Below, one piece after another: positions 11,671-24,395 of a stretch of DNA of 64,000 nt. A program made the translations under genes and the position numbers. Below the pieces are notes generated by a model, which searched no databases, was not told where the DNA came from, and saw nothing but the letters and a program-made list of their open reading frames with translations. The DNA lies in contig JANJGN010000056.1 in NCBI GenBank assembly GCA_026770705.1, forward strand, positions 1,674,001 to 1,738,000. Reading direction: 5' to 3'. This DNA comes from Isurus oxyrinchus (taxonomy: Eukaryota). Every line of letters begins with the position of its first letter. The first letter of the stretch is position 1.

Positions 11671-14479
11671 TTGAACTATCTTGATGATTGATTCCCCCGG
11701 CGCTTCGACAGGTGTGCACTCAAAAAAAATCAAGGTGATATCATTTGTGAAGTTATACCAAGTCTAAATTGGACAATCGATTTCCATGTTTTGTTTACAA
11801 CGTCCGTTCAGGCAGGATAAATTAACTTTGCCCGCCTTTCCTTGTCTTTAACACACTTGAACCTGTTCTCCACAACTGTAGAAATCACTGAATGAATTTT
11901 CAATTTGGGGTTGCCAAAGGTTTTTTTTATGTTCACAATTATATTTTAAAATACATATTTTCATGAGGTGGGGTTGTGTATAAATGGGCCAGAAGATACT
12001 GCTCTTTCCAAGTTGCCTTTGAGAAGGTTGTCAGTGGCCGTTCCTTGTAATCCAGCTCCTTCAGGCTCATGGAGAATTCACATGACTGAGAAGCCCAATT
12101 CTGGACCTATATGTCCATCCGCCGTAGGGCTCGCTTTTGGCCCATTTTGCGTTTCTTCTGCTCCTGTGCCTATGGCCTTCCAATTCTCTGTCGAGTCGCT
12201 GAGCTGCAAACTGGTTTTAGCCTTGCTGGACCAGATGGTGCCAGGCCGAGAGATCGGCAGCATTCTCAACCTGCTCACTGGTGTTAATGCCTCCGTGCTT
12301 TACGGCGACATTGAGCGTGCACTGCTAACTTTATATTTATTCGCCCTTTGGTCAAGGAATGCTCAGTGGCAGATGCAGCTGCCGGTAGGTACGCCTTTCC
12401 TGAAACATGTGTCCGGCGACCGCCATACATCTGCCGCGTTTATGCAGAATTTTAGCTGGTATCAAAGGTATCCAGATATCACAGCCTTGCACCTGTCGAC
12501 AATCCTCCATCCGCACAGTGTCTGTCGCCTGAAGGAGGCCTGTGCACTGTATAGTTTAGCATCAGGATTCCAGTGTGCCGGGCGGAGGGTTCATATGGTG
12601 CAGGTGAGCCACAGGGCTGTTAGTAAGGGAGCATTATGACCCCATTCACTGTGACGCAGCTTCCAATCTCTGGGTTTGGCTTTTAGATTTGAGACAACCT
12701 GTCGTGCAGCTTCCCGTGTTAACCTATTGAGGCCTGTGGAATGTTGGCATTCTCCACATGAGTCCAATGGCGTTGCAAATAAAAAAACACAATAAAAAAA
12801 ATACCGTTTGATAGACTTTGATCTTCCATCTGAGGGAAGCTCCATGTTTTTCTTCCAGAAGTCAGTGAGTGCAGCCTGCCCAATGCCGAACTCATTTATG
12901 TCAGGTCATTTTTTATTTGCTCATTGTTAGTTCTCTTGGAGAGCATGCTGCTGAGTTAGCAAACTTCCTCACAGAACAGAGGGGTGTTTTGTTCAGAGCA
13001 GCTGTGGCTTCTTGGATCAAGTAACCAGCGGTGATTTGATACAGTTTCTCTATCTGCAGATATACTGTTAATCGAAAGTATTCTGAGACAGCACGCAGCT
13101 GGATGTCTCCGTATTCTGCCCTATGAAAGCACAGTGGTCCACGAATAAGACTTCACTCAGTCGCTGTTCAGTCACCTATGTACAAGGTTTTGCTCTTGGC
13201 TCTTTGCAAACGTTGGCGTTTGACCTGAAATGAAAATGCAAACCGATGTCAAGCTCTTTGAGTGCATAGTGGAGAATGGCTTCCAAGTATATGATAAACA
13301 GAGCTGAAGCCATGAACAGTGTCTTACTTAGCGCCGCAGGTCACTTGAAAGGGGTCCACACTGACGAACCACTTTGCATCACTCTGTTTATCAGGTCATC
13401 ATCAAATGCACAAATGACACAGATCCTCTTTTTCAACTTTTCAGGGAGGCCTCATATTCAAGAGTGATTTGGATAGCTTATTGACGAATAATGGATATTG
13501 GGGTCATGAGGATGTATGTGTGTGTTTTCAGGGTGCAATGGAGGGGTAGAGTGTGTGACACTGGTTGGAGGAGTGCAGGCAGGAAAATGGAGCTGAGGCC
13601 ACGATCAGGTAAAACCATTTTCTTTCAGAGCTGCAGCACAGACTCGAGAGGGCGAATGCCCTACTCCTGCCCTTAATTCTTGTGATGTTGGCCATGTATG
13701 AAATGCAGCCCAAACCAACAGCTGGAGGCGACGACAATTCGGGTTCATTATAATGAGTGACTCAATAGGACAATGACAGTCGGCAGAAGACATTTGAGGG
13801 CCAAGGGTTCAATGTTCAACGTGGAATATTCTCCCAGCATTGTACTCTAGTTATCATACAATTTTATAGAAAAAATCGTTTTTCAATCAGCCCAAACATC
13901 TCTCTGGATGGAGTATGTGAGTGGGTGCTGTAGGATGATTGGCTGCTGCAGGAATGGATATTGAGCGTTTATGGGATCGGAATCATCTTGAACACTTTAT
14001 TTTGAAGTATTCTGGTTGAGAAAAGAAACTCCTTCTCCATACAGCTTGTGTTACGCATCACGTAATTAACCAAGACAAACCCTCCACGTCCTCCGCGTGT
14101 ATTTATAACTTCCAGGTGGAATGGCGCAAATTTCAATGCAACGCCATGGATTGTAGGCCTAGTAACCGATGGAGTTGTCAGTGCCAGCGTAATCCATGGA
14201 ACGATCAGTGCAGAGTATGTCTTCCATCTGGGAGCTTGAAAGTCAATGACAAGGATCACACAGTGCCTTGTTGGAACATAGAATGAGACCAGAAACTCAA
14301 AACAATGGGGAACATCTGAAATTTCTCCATTAGGTCTGGAGGATCAGGAACATTGAGTTGCTAAGCTTCATTTTGATGTAAATTAGTGATGATTTTCCCC
14401 GCAACAGCGACTTGTGGTTTAATCTTTTCCTGTCTTGACCACCTCCGATAATATTTACCCGTTGATCAAAACATGCAGC

Positions 14480-14700
14480 CCCTTCCACTGGTTTGACCAC
14501 AGACATCAGTCCAATATTGGACGTTTGACTTTGAAGTCGTTGCTTTCACAAGGAGAGAGACTGACGTAACCTGTTTGTTCAATGACTGAAATTGATTTAT
14601 TTCTTCAGGGAACATGAATGAGCTAATGGGGATTTAACTGTTGTATAAATAAGAGTTTCTCTGAACGGATCATTTCATGTTCTCCGAAAGACTCAGTGAT
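14480..14700 (+). promoter_or_regulatory. Putative core promoter of gene A (TATAAATA at 14644-14651)
   Basis: The TATA box lies in a block with only about 6 differences in 130 nt versus the copy upstream of gene B, well above flanking similarity. RUNX-type ACCACA at 14496-14501. Confidence 0.6.
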
Positions 14701-14799
14701 TCTGCTTCAATTAGCGCTTCTCACAGCAAATAGCCTTTATTGCAATTTGTCAGATACGGGACACTTACAAACCAATTGTCGAAGTTCTCGTTGTCTAAT
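14675..14799 (+). other. Predicted non-coding first exon of gene A (donor GTACGT at 14800; acceptor ends 15366)
   Basis: Starts about 25-30 nt after the TATA box. The donor is conserved in B (GTATGT at 39739). A pyrimidine-rich acceptor ccatctcag lies 24 nt before the ATG in both genes. Confidence 0.5.
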
Positions 14800-15390
14800 G
14801 TACGTTTATTTTCACAAACCCAGGCTAACAATAGGAATTTCTCTTATTCTATCCATTCATTGAATGTGGGCGACACTGGCGAGGCCAGCATTTATTGTCC
14901 ATCCCTATTTGTCCTTGAAAAGATGGTAGTGAGATGCGTTTTTGAGCTGCTGTAGTCTGTGTTATAAGGGGGAGGTCCAGTACTTTGACACAGAGGCAGT
15001 GAAGGAACGGCGATATACTTCCAAATCCGGACGGTGAGGGGTTTGGAGAGGAGCTACTGGTGGTGGCTTTCTCATGTCTATGTTACCTTTGTCTTTCTAG
15101 GTGGAAGCGGACGTGGGTTTGGATGTTTATGTACAGGGCTTCATGTCTGTAAAATGTAGCAGGTTTTCTCTCTTCCCTGTTACGAATGCTTTGGTGAGAG
15201 TTTTCCCCTTATATTCTGGGGTTAATTAATGTGGTATCTCCTTCCGAGTCTCGACAGTGATTTTACATTTTTTATTTTAAGTTTCTGATATTAATTCAAA
15301 GGAGAAGGGTATGTTTGTAAGTTCCAGCTCACATCGTTCCATTCCATCCTTTTTTACCCATCTCAGGAGGAAAGACATCTTCTCATAAAA

Positions 15391-15460
15391 ATGGCAGAAC
15401 TGATACTTCTCAAGATAGAAGCCATTTACTACCCGATTCTCGCAGCTGTTGGTGTACCTG
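15391..15460 (+). CDS. GPR139/GPR142-like orphan GPCR gene A, coding exon 1 (MAELILLKIEAIYYPILAAVGVP + 1 nt)
   Basis: ATG in aaaATGG context. It encodes the IYYPILAAVGVP start of TM1 and ends at the donor CTG|GTAAGA. The phase-1 junction joins in frame to the exon at 24396. Confidence 0.9.
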
Positions 15461-17089
15461 GTAAGAGCCTAAACACAATCAGTGGACGTATTAATGAATA
15501 TTGACTTTCTTCTCAAATGGTGTTGCTGGTAACGTGAAACCGTTCCTTTTCTGTTGGAGAGTTATCAAAGTTTAGGTGTCACGTTAACTGATTTCTTACT
15601 ATTGCTTCATATTTCATGCATCATTCTAGAGTGTTGACACCATATTTATTCTTTGGGGAATTTCTTGAATTTGGGTGCGCTCTGCAATAATTGTCATGAC
15701 CAAGTGCAGACCGTCTTTAAAATTGGAGATAAAACGTATCTATGAAAATCAATGCAAGGGCAAATTCGCATTCTGCAGAATTCAGCTTGAACTAATTGAA
15801 AGTGTTTGCTCACGGTTTTCCCCTGTTTTCCAATATCGCAAGCAACAGAATCCCTGTCAAATCACGTACTTTTTAACAGCGATATTTTTACAAATCAGTG
15901 TGAAGTTACGAAATCTGGAAACTTGGCTGAATCACAATGCTGTGTGTGATTAAGACATTCCGAAGTCTTACTCGCTTGTATGTTGATACAAATGATTTTC
16001 AACAGCCTTTGTTCACGACCACGTTGATGGAATTACTTAAAGTAAGCGTGATTTGTGCTCTTTAAGCTTCCATAGACATAATGTTAACAATGACCGGATT
16101 GTATTATTTTGTGGATTTTAGCTGAGGTATAAATTTCGTTCAGGACACAGGGGACTACAACAATGTTGCTCCTCGAAAAAGTGGAATTGAATCTTTTTAC
16201 GTTTTCCTCGTGAATCAATTTGACATCTTTTCTTAAAGGTTCTGCTTGTGGAAGTGCAGAATTAATTTACTAAGACATTGGAACATTAGCCGAGAACTTT
16301 GTTCTGAAGTCCTGGCGCCGGAAGCAAATCGTTAAACATCTATCTCAGCACGGAGATTTCAACTGACTGAGCCATAAGTGGCCTGATTTTGAAACAACTA
16401 CACACCCCAAGTAGTAATTTGGTTCTGAATATTCTGCTCCATTCAATTTCTCGCCCTGCACTACCTGCTGATGTAAAAAAAACTTGCAAGTTTATTTGAT
16501 TTGTATTGAGGATTGAAATTAGTTGGATTAAAGCATTTTCGGACTCCCCTGTCTCTTTTTGAATCTCGCATTGCTAAGTGACATGCAGGTTCTGACAAAA
16601 GAGCATAGAGGCAGAGGCAGTGGGAGCAGAAGTTAACAATTTGGCCGCTTGAGCTTGTTCAACTACTCAATTATATCATAGCTGTAAAGATGCATTCAAT
16701 TCATTTCCTTGCACTATCGCATATCTCTGGATGCATTTAACATTTAGAAAATGGTTCATCGCGCTGCCTTCAACATTCCCAATGACTGAGCCTCTGCCGC
16801 TGTTGGGAGAGATAGTTTCAAACATTCGCTGCTCTCTGAGTGAAGAAATTCCCCCTCATGTCTGCCCTAAATGCACACCTGTTATTCTGATACTGTCTCT
16901 CATGATATTAGACACATCAGCCAGGGGCACATCCCTCCAACATCTGTAACATCGAACCCTGTAAGAACGGTCTATGATTCAGTGAGATCATTTCTCATTT
17001 GGCAAAGCTCCAGAAAGCATAGGGTCAGTCTCGTCAATGTCACCACATTGGAATATCCCAGCTAATTCCCAGTAATTCAAGGAATTATC

Positions 17090-19860
17090 TTGTTAACAAT
17101 CATTGTAGCACAGCTATAACAACAGCGCAAAAACTCACGCCAAAAGGAGAATTTGGAATGCTTGTCCTGCACCACAACCATCACCATAATAATGCCACAT
17201 GAAAATTGAGGAGTTGGAGATAGATTGGGTTTGGAATTGCAAACTCTGGTTGTGCACATCCCTGGTCTAGCATATGGCACAAATTGCCTGATGAATGCCC
17301 ACTTTTATGTTGCTGATCAGATTGAAAACTACCCCATATCGCACAAAGGTGGTGTCACATTATACGATGGAGGAACTTTCCAATGTGAGGGCCGACTATG
17401 TCTGCACAAGGAGCATGTGGTGGCCTATCCTATCATTCCTGTAATGGGCAGGTGCATATGTTGCTTGACGTTTGGTGAGGCGTGTTCATTTCGGTCTTTG
17501 CACCTTGTTGTTTCCCTGATCACCTTCCAAAGACCCAATCCAGCGGTTATATGTCTGACTCGGCCTGATCGGCCACTAGTGGTGCTACCGAACCTGTCTT
17601 GGTCATAGACGATGACAGCACCTGCATACAATAGTTTTTGTTTCTTGCCACTCACCAAAACTTCGTTTTATGCCCCACAAGAGTGCATAAGTTAAGCGTG
17701 AGGTGCAGGTGTTTTAGGTGGGATTGGAGGAAAAACTTTTTTCCCCTGAGTTTGTTGAATGTCTCTAATGCGCTGCCTGGCAGGGTGGTAGAGACAGATT
17801 GTCTCACATCCTTTAAAAAGTAACTGGATGAGCACTTGGCACATCAATACCTTCAAGGCTATGTGTCAATTTCTGGTAAATGTAATTAAGTAGTCAGGAC
17901 AGGTGTTTTGCACATGCCAGTACAGACTCGAAGGGCTGAAGTGCCTCTTGTGCACTGTGATTCTGTGATTCTATGATTCGTCCATGGATGCTCATTCATT
18001 CATCATCTGAGGGGAACGGGAGGTGGTCAACAGAAGGGAATATTCAGTGCCCGTGTTTTACATAATGCCATGAGGTTGAATATAAGTTCCCCGTGCTCTT
18101 AGCACTCTGAAAAATGGTGCTCACTGAACGGAGAGGCGTGGCCAAATGATATTTAGGAAAGCAACAATGGAATTGGGCGAAGCCAAAATTCCCGTTTTCG
18201 ATGAAGTTATTTTCCTCAGGTGTTGGTTGATGGTTTAAATGAACTTTAAAATCAGTAAGAATAGCTATTCGCTAGAGATAAACAGCTTGAATCATTAAAG
18301 CTAAGCATTAGTTGTCAAACAAGCAGCCTGATTTGTCGTGGATTAGTTCAATATTGTTGAATGTTATTGAAGCAGAACTCATCCAGAAAACTGTTGTTTA
18401 TTCCAGTAGATTCCTCAATTGTGCATTATAGATGGAGTGAAGGTTTTGCAGAGTCAGGCGGGTATGTCCTCGCCACAGAATTCCCAGTCCTGACTTGCGC
18501 TTCTAGTCACAGTTTCTAGTCAATGGTTTTTCCGTGGATCTTCAAAATGGAGAATTAAACGATGGTGATACCATTAAATATCTATGAGAAATTGTTGGAC
18601 ACTTTTTTTTCGTAGGTGGTCATTTCCTGTCGGTTGTGTGTCTAATATGACTTGTCAGTTTTCAGCAGAATCCTGGATATTGCCCAGGTCTTGGTGGACA
18701 AGGGCAAGATTTCTTCAACATCTGTTGAATCGCGAATGGTTTTGAAATTTAAACAATCATCAGCGGACACTCCTGCCACTCACTCTCCTACCATAAGACT
18801 TCCTCTGGGCATATGTTGCAAAGAAGTTAATTGATGAAGAAGCTCAAGGTCGTTTGACTCAGGACACTGCTCATAGGATCTCGTGCAGTGCTTTCATCGG
18901 GATGAGATGATTCACCTGAGAAACAAAACAAAAAAATCTTCTTTGTGATAGGTATGACAGCAATCAATGGAGATGCTTCCCCATTATGTTTATTGACCTG
19001 AATCCTGATATATCTCCTTCTTACCACAGAATTTCAAATGTTGTCTTGATGTAAATAACATCCGCTCTCCACTCCCCGCGTGAATTCAGCACTTTTGACC
19101 ATGTTTGGTTTAAGGCCGAACCGAGAGTTGGAGCTCAGACGAAGCAGAAAATGGTCATCAGTGAGCAAGTTGCTCACTAGTACATGGCGATTGAAAGCAA
19201 TTACCATGACCGATTCCATCAATATGTTCATGATGAAGAATAGGGGATAAGGGGGTAATTATTGGTCCGATTTGACGAGTTTTGTTTTTGTGGATAGACC
19301 CAGCTGTGCGACAGCTCACATTTTCGCTTAGAGGCCAGTGTTTTAGCTGTCCTATACCAGGTTGTCTAGGAAGATTTATTCGGGAGCACTGAACGCCCGG
19401 ACGATTGCCGGTATCTGACAGGACCCATAGTCTCTGCATCATCCCGTTCCTTCAGTCATTCCTTTAGATGAAGTGCAGTGAATCACATTAGCTCAAAATT
19501 GGCATCTGTGACGCTCTCATCCTCAGAAGGGGGACGGGATGTTTCACCCGCCCTTCACGTCAGTCTGAATATGGCGGAAAGTTCTTGAGCCATGTGTATG
19601 CACTGATGTGCTGCGCTCCACAATCATTGCCGATATGGATATTGGTGGGGTGTTCACCACCCTTGATTCGTTGCTCTGTCCAACATCATTCAAGATGGCA
19701 TGAGCAGAACTTCAGAGCTAAGTTAACGTTATTTGCTGGTTGGATCAATTAGCCCTGTCAATCACATTCTGCATCCATTGCTTTGCATACAAGTCGTCCT
19801 GTCTCACAATTCACCAGGTCAATGCCCCGTTTTAAGGTATGATTGCAGCAACTCCTGATA
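17090..19860 (-). mobile_element. Heavily decayed LINE remnants in the gene A intron (paralogs at ~42000-44880 and inverted at 4300-6737)
   Basis: Endonuclease-like and RT-like fragments (QVIREPTR...; VVREP; SVL.P.IFS). Confidence 0.55.
17666..17980 (+). mobile_element. CR1 3'-end insertion in the gene A intron (paralog at ~42560-42872)
   Basis: R.NFF...WNALP-like RT C-terminus and an ATTCTGTG/ATTCTATG tail. Absent from copy C. Confidence 0.75.
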
Positions 19861-22800
19861 TATGACAGGTGTCGGCAAAAGTCATCCTTTTGAGCAATTC
19901 ACTTCGAAAGCCTGGAAGGATACGAGCAGAAGTGGCATGGGAACACTCTTATTGCAAAATCCTTTCCAAGTCACACCCCACACTGACTCCGAGACACATT
20001 AGCGTTCCCTGAATGCCACTGGATCAAACACCTGTAAATCCATCACTCGTAACACTGTGTGTGCAACCGCATCACATGGACAGCAAGAAGAATAATATCT
20101 GCTCTCGGAAAAATGCTGATCCTACCAATGATTCCCCAAAAAGAAAGTGCTGCATAATGCCGAATCTATGAATGTTTTTGTCATTTGATATGAAAGGACG
20201 TTCCTTTATGTTTACTTTGTAGCACTAAACTAAGACAGACTGCAACATGCATGTTTTAGTTCAAATCCTTTCGCAGTAGTCTGGTTCCCAACTGAGGATG
20301 TATATCTTCAATTCGTTCCTGAATACCTAAATCTGTAGCCGAAACGATGGGCTGGACATTTCTCCCCAAATTGCAGCTCAAACCTACACACTCACACTCC
20401 CCATCACCCCTCGCACCCACCCCGCTTACCACCCCCACTCCCCAGCATCACCCACCCCCATCGAAAACGTTGAATCTGCACAAATATCAGATACCTGCAT
20501 CGAGTATAATGGTGTCGTGTACTTACTTCTCCCCAAATGCAGATGGAGAATGGGCGGGTCAACCATTCTCAAGTTACTTATTAACAGGTTATTGAGCTTG
20601 TCAGTAAACCAATCGTATGTTGTGCCGTTTGGTGCATTGCATTTGCTGTGGCTCGGATGAGAAAAATAAGTGTTTTTGTGCAGCTATTGTGAGACGGGCA
20701 AAGAGCGGTAGGGAACTCCTGCCTCCAGGAGCATGATCGAATGTAGCAGCAGATTGTGCTGGAGAAGATGGCTGCATCTTCAAGCTTTATTTCTCACTTT
20801 TTCGTTTCTTGCCTGAGCATTGAATGAAAAGTATTTTTCAAAAAAATGTCTGAGTATAGGTTGTTTTGAGCTTGTAGCCATAGCGACTGTCTGTTCACAG
20901 CATTACACTCTGCTGCATGACGTCCAGGCATTCACTGTCGATTGGATACGGACACCATTTTGCATCTTTCATTGCCTCTTCCCCGGAATTGGATGGATTG
21001 ACGAGGTGGAGGCCGCCTAAGGGAGGATGAGTAGGACAAGAGGGAGTAGGCCACTCATTTTGCATTTACCCAATATCACAATGCCGAAAAGCGTGAAATC
21101 CAGTCTGATGCCTACTTGATGTAACGTTGCTTTATGAACGTAAATCACTTTCAGCGTTTTTAACCTGCACCGGGTGTCTTGGCCTATCTTTCTACTGTTA
21201 GTGTTGCTACCGAGTCTGCAGAAATGTGTCATAACCAAAAACACTGTTCAGTGGATCTCACTCTGTGTTGCTTTAGCCAGAGCATTCACAACGTCCCTAA
21301 AATGAATTTGAACTTTAGGATCTGCATGGCATACAAATGATGCCACAGATAAATGTTAATTTGTGCTTACATTACGTTGCAAGCAACGCTCCTGAAGTGA
21401 CATAGAGTTAGGAAAGTGGCAGAAACTAAATCGCTCTGTAGTTCATCAGACTGGGGTATTTAAGGAAACCACTCCAAGAGGCATATAGGTCAATGTGCAT
21501 TGAACCTGCTCTATGTTTCTTTTCACAAACAGCAAATCAATAAGAGAAGCAGATTGCATTTTCAGATAGCAATTGTGCAGCCTATTTAAATGTTCAATTC
21601 TCGAGTTATTCGATCAGGGTCTTATGTGGATAATATACTTGATATCTGTACACTTAATTTCACAGATAAAATGATGTATAATGGTTTGGATAATTCACCG
21701 TTGAATTCGTTAGAAAAATCTGTGGTTCATTCCTGGGGCATTTCAATGTTTAATGTAGAAGAAACGTCTAGAAACATGTGGATAATTTATTGGATATTAG
21801 TTTTGATAATTAATTTGTTCAAACATTTGCTGCTTCAATATATAATTGTTAAACTTACTGTCTTTTTCCTACTTTTAACTGTTTCCTTATTTACAGTTCT
21901 GTCAAGTACAGGTTCAAGTGCTAATAATCTGGTTAACCATCTCTGTTTAATTCAAAAATGCGAATTGATATTTATGACTCTGAGTGAAAATTCATGCCAT
22001 TGTAAGGATATCAATACTAGATTTGTTCAGGGAATAATTTGTTTATGATAAATGAACATAAATCTAACTTACAAGCTGATACAGAAATGTAAAATTCTGT
22101 TTATCTTTATCTGACTAATACCACTTTCTTTTTTCAAAGCTCATGTAAAAAATTAATGAACATCCTCAGGAATTAATATGATCCAAAATGTTAATTCAAC
22201 ACCCCGTTTATAGACATTGCTCCATTGCATTGATGTTTTCCCAAATACAAGTTTGCGGAAACTACACTTTCTGTCTGCTCCAGGTTGCAAAGCCTTCAAA
22301 GCACTTAGTACTTCATTGAACTCATCCCTTCCTTGTGAGAATGTGCATTTTATATTCCTGAATTTGGGCATCCTGAGTCTAACCAGAGATTTCATGCGAA
22401 AATCTATTCTGTACCCTTGCAAGAGCCATGAAATCCTATCCTACACCATAGGCATCAGAACCACAAACACAATTTAGGAAGCGAACAATTACTTACTTTG
22501 GATATTAATTATTAGAGTTATTTAACTTGCTTTGAAATGCAGGTAATAAATAAATGAACATGTGCATGAACTTAGTAAATGTATGGCAGCAACAAATAGG
22601 TTCATTGAGATTCACTGAGAAACTCCATTCTTCAAAAATGCAACGGAGTTTCATTAGTTAAACATCAGAAACGTTGATGCAGGCACTATTATCTGAGGCT
22701 CACATCAATTTCGCTTGATTTACAAAGCTTATTGGATTTAATCAGTAATTAGTAGAAATCTCTCAGTTTATTCTTCTGTATAGTAACAGATCATTGAATT

Positions 22801-24395
22801 AGATAGCTAATTCACAAAAATGTTCTTGCATTTTGAAAAATAAATATGCATTTTATCAAATATTGCTAAAATTGAAGGATGGTATGATCCGAAACAATCT
22901 AAAATGAAAATAGCTGCAACGTATGATAATTTAACCATGCATATGTTAGGAGTTAGATCATTATCATCAAGTAATCGACACTTCATTGTTTTGCTCTTCT
23001 AATCTTATATTAGACCTAAAATAATCTACCTACTCAAATCGATGGGCCGTCACGGTCCATGTCGACTTGGAACTTTTGCCCTTGGTGTCCTGCAAGTGTC
23101 AGTGTTCAGCTTCACATTTCAAATCATTTCTCACAGATATTGTGAATGACATGCAAGTGACTCCCTTATGCCCTTTCGGAAAAAAAAGCGCTTTGATATA
23201 CAGCTCATCAATCAATGGGAACGTACCCCTGTCTCCCCAGAATAGATAGTTGATTTTAAACACACTAGAATCACATCTTCGAATTGCTTACTACACTTTA
23301 ACAATGTGTCTTGTATCGCTGCGAATCTTATTGTCCCTGTTTTTTGCGATATCTATTCACTGCACTTTAAACTAGTCCTTCCACAAAGAAGCGTGGTCCT
23401 GCAAAATTCCCACTCTGCCTTCCCGTTGGCCAATAAATATTTCACACTTAATCTGATACCTATGTCACTGTTCCCATTCGGCCATTAAACTACCCGCCTG
23501 ATCAGCACCAAATATACACAGTTGGCAAAGAAATGTTGCTTCACTTTTTTTCTGCAATGAATTTGCGATGCATTCACCTGACCTAAACCTTCACAATGCC
23601 CAGCCTACATATTAATCTTCCATTACTGAGTTTGCCTTAAAAAAAAACCTGACTCATCTGCCCTCATCTCCTACCACAACGTTTCAATGAGAATCTGCAT
23701 AAAAATGTCACCATGTTTTGATTCTCATTGGACCGGATCTGTGAAGTCTCCTGGGTAAACCCTTGTTCGGCCTCGTCTATGCTAGTGTTTCTTTGTAGCC
23801 CAGTGACCATTCTAACATATCCTGTGCAGTTAATATTCCATCTTTACACTCCCAAGCGTTGAGAGTATGCCAATGCTGCTGGGCAACAATTTACGTACGA
23901 GCTGTGAGTCCTGTGTCACAGCAACCCTTTCAAATACTTACCGCATCCATAAACCACGCAGCGCACATTGCACGACTACCTCTTCCAGAGTCTAACTCTG
24001 CTTTCCCCAGATTCCATTTTGCGTCTTTATTTCCCAAATGATATTGCACCTTCACACATTAGTTGTCTCTTTACACCTCCTACTTACTATCTCAAGTTCA
24101 ACATGCCGAGCCGTTTTTGTACCTTCAAATTGTCCACATCACATTCTCGCTCAAGAAGCTCAATCGTTATTGCACACTAGTTGCCCAGTTTAAACTGATG
24201 ATGTTCCTATCAAAAGAGGAATGATCATTTCCCTGTCCACATTTACTAAGTCCAATCCACATTTAGTATATGCTCATCTCGGGAAGCAGGTCCTGCATGT
24301 TTGGGTGAAATGCATGAGCCTTTGCTGCAACTGCAAGAGAAGTTGCCTTGTTCATCTGTGACTTCTATCTCCTTCTCTCTCTTCCTCACTTACAG

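Noticed and set aside
11968-12639. 223-aa ORF
   Set aside because: GTG start and no recognisable domain. Most of it is deleted in unit B, and the remainder is not frame-conserved.
21590-22048. 152-aa hydrophobic ORF in the intron
   Set aside because: AT-rich intronic sequence. The paralog (46572-46907) stops at a different place and shows no codon-like conservation.
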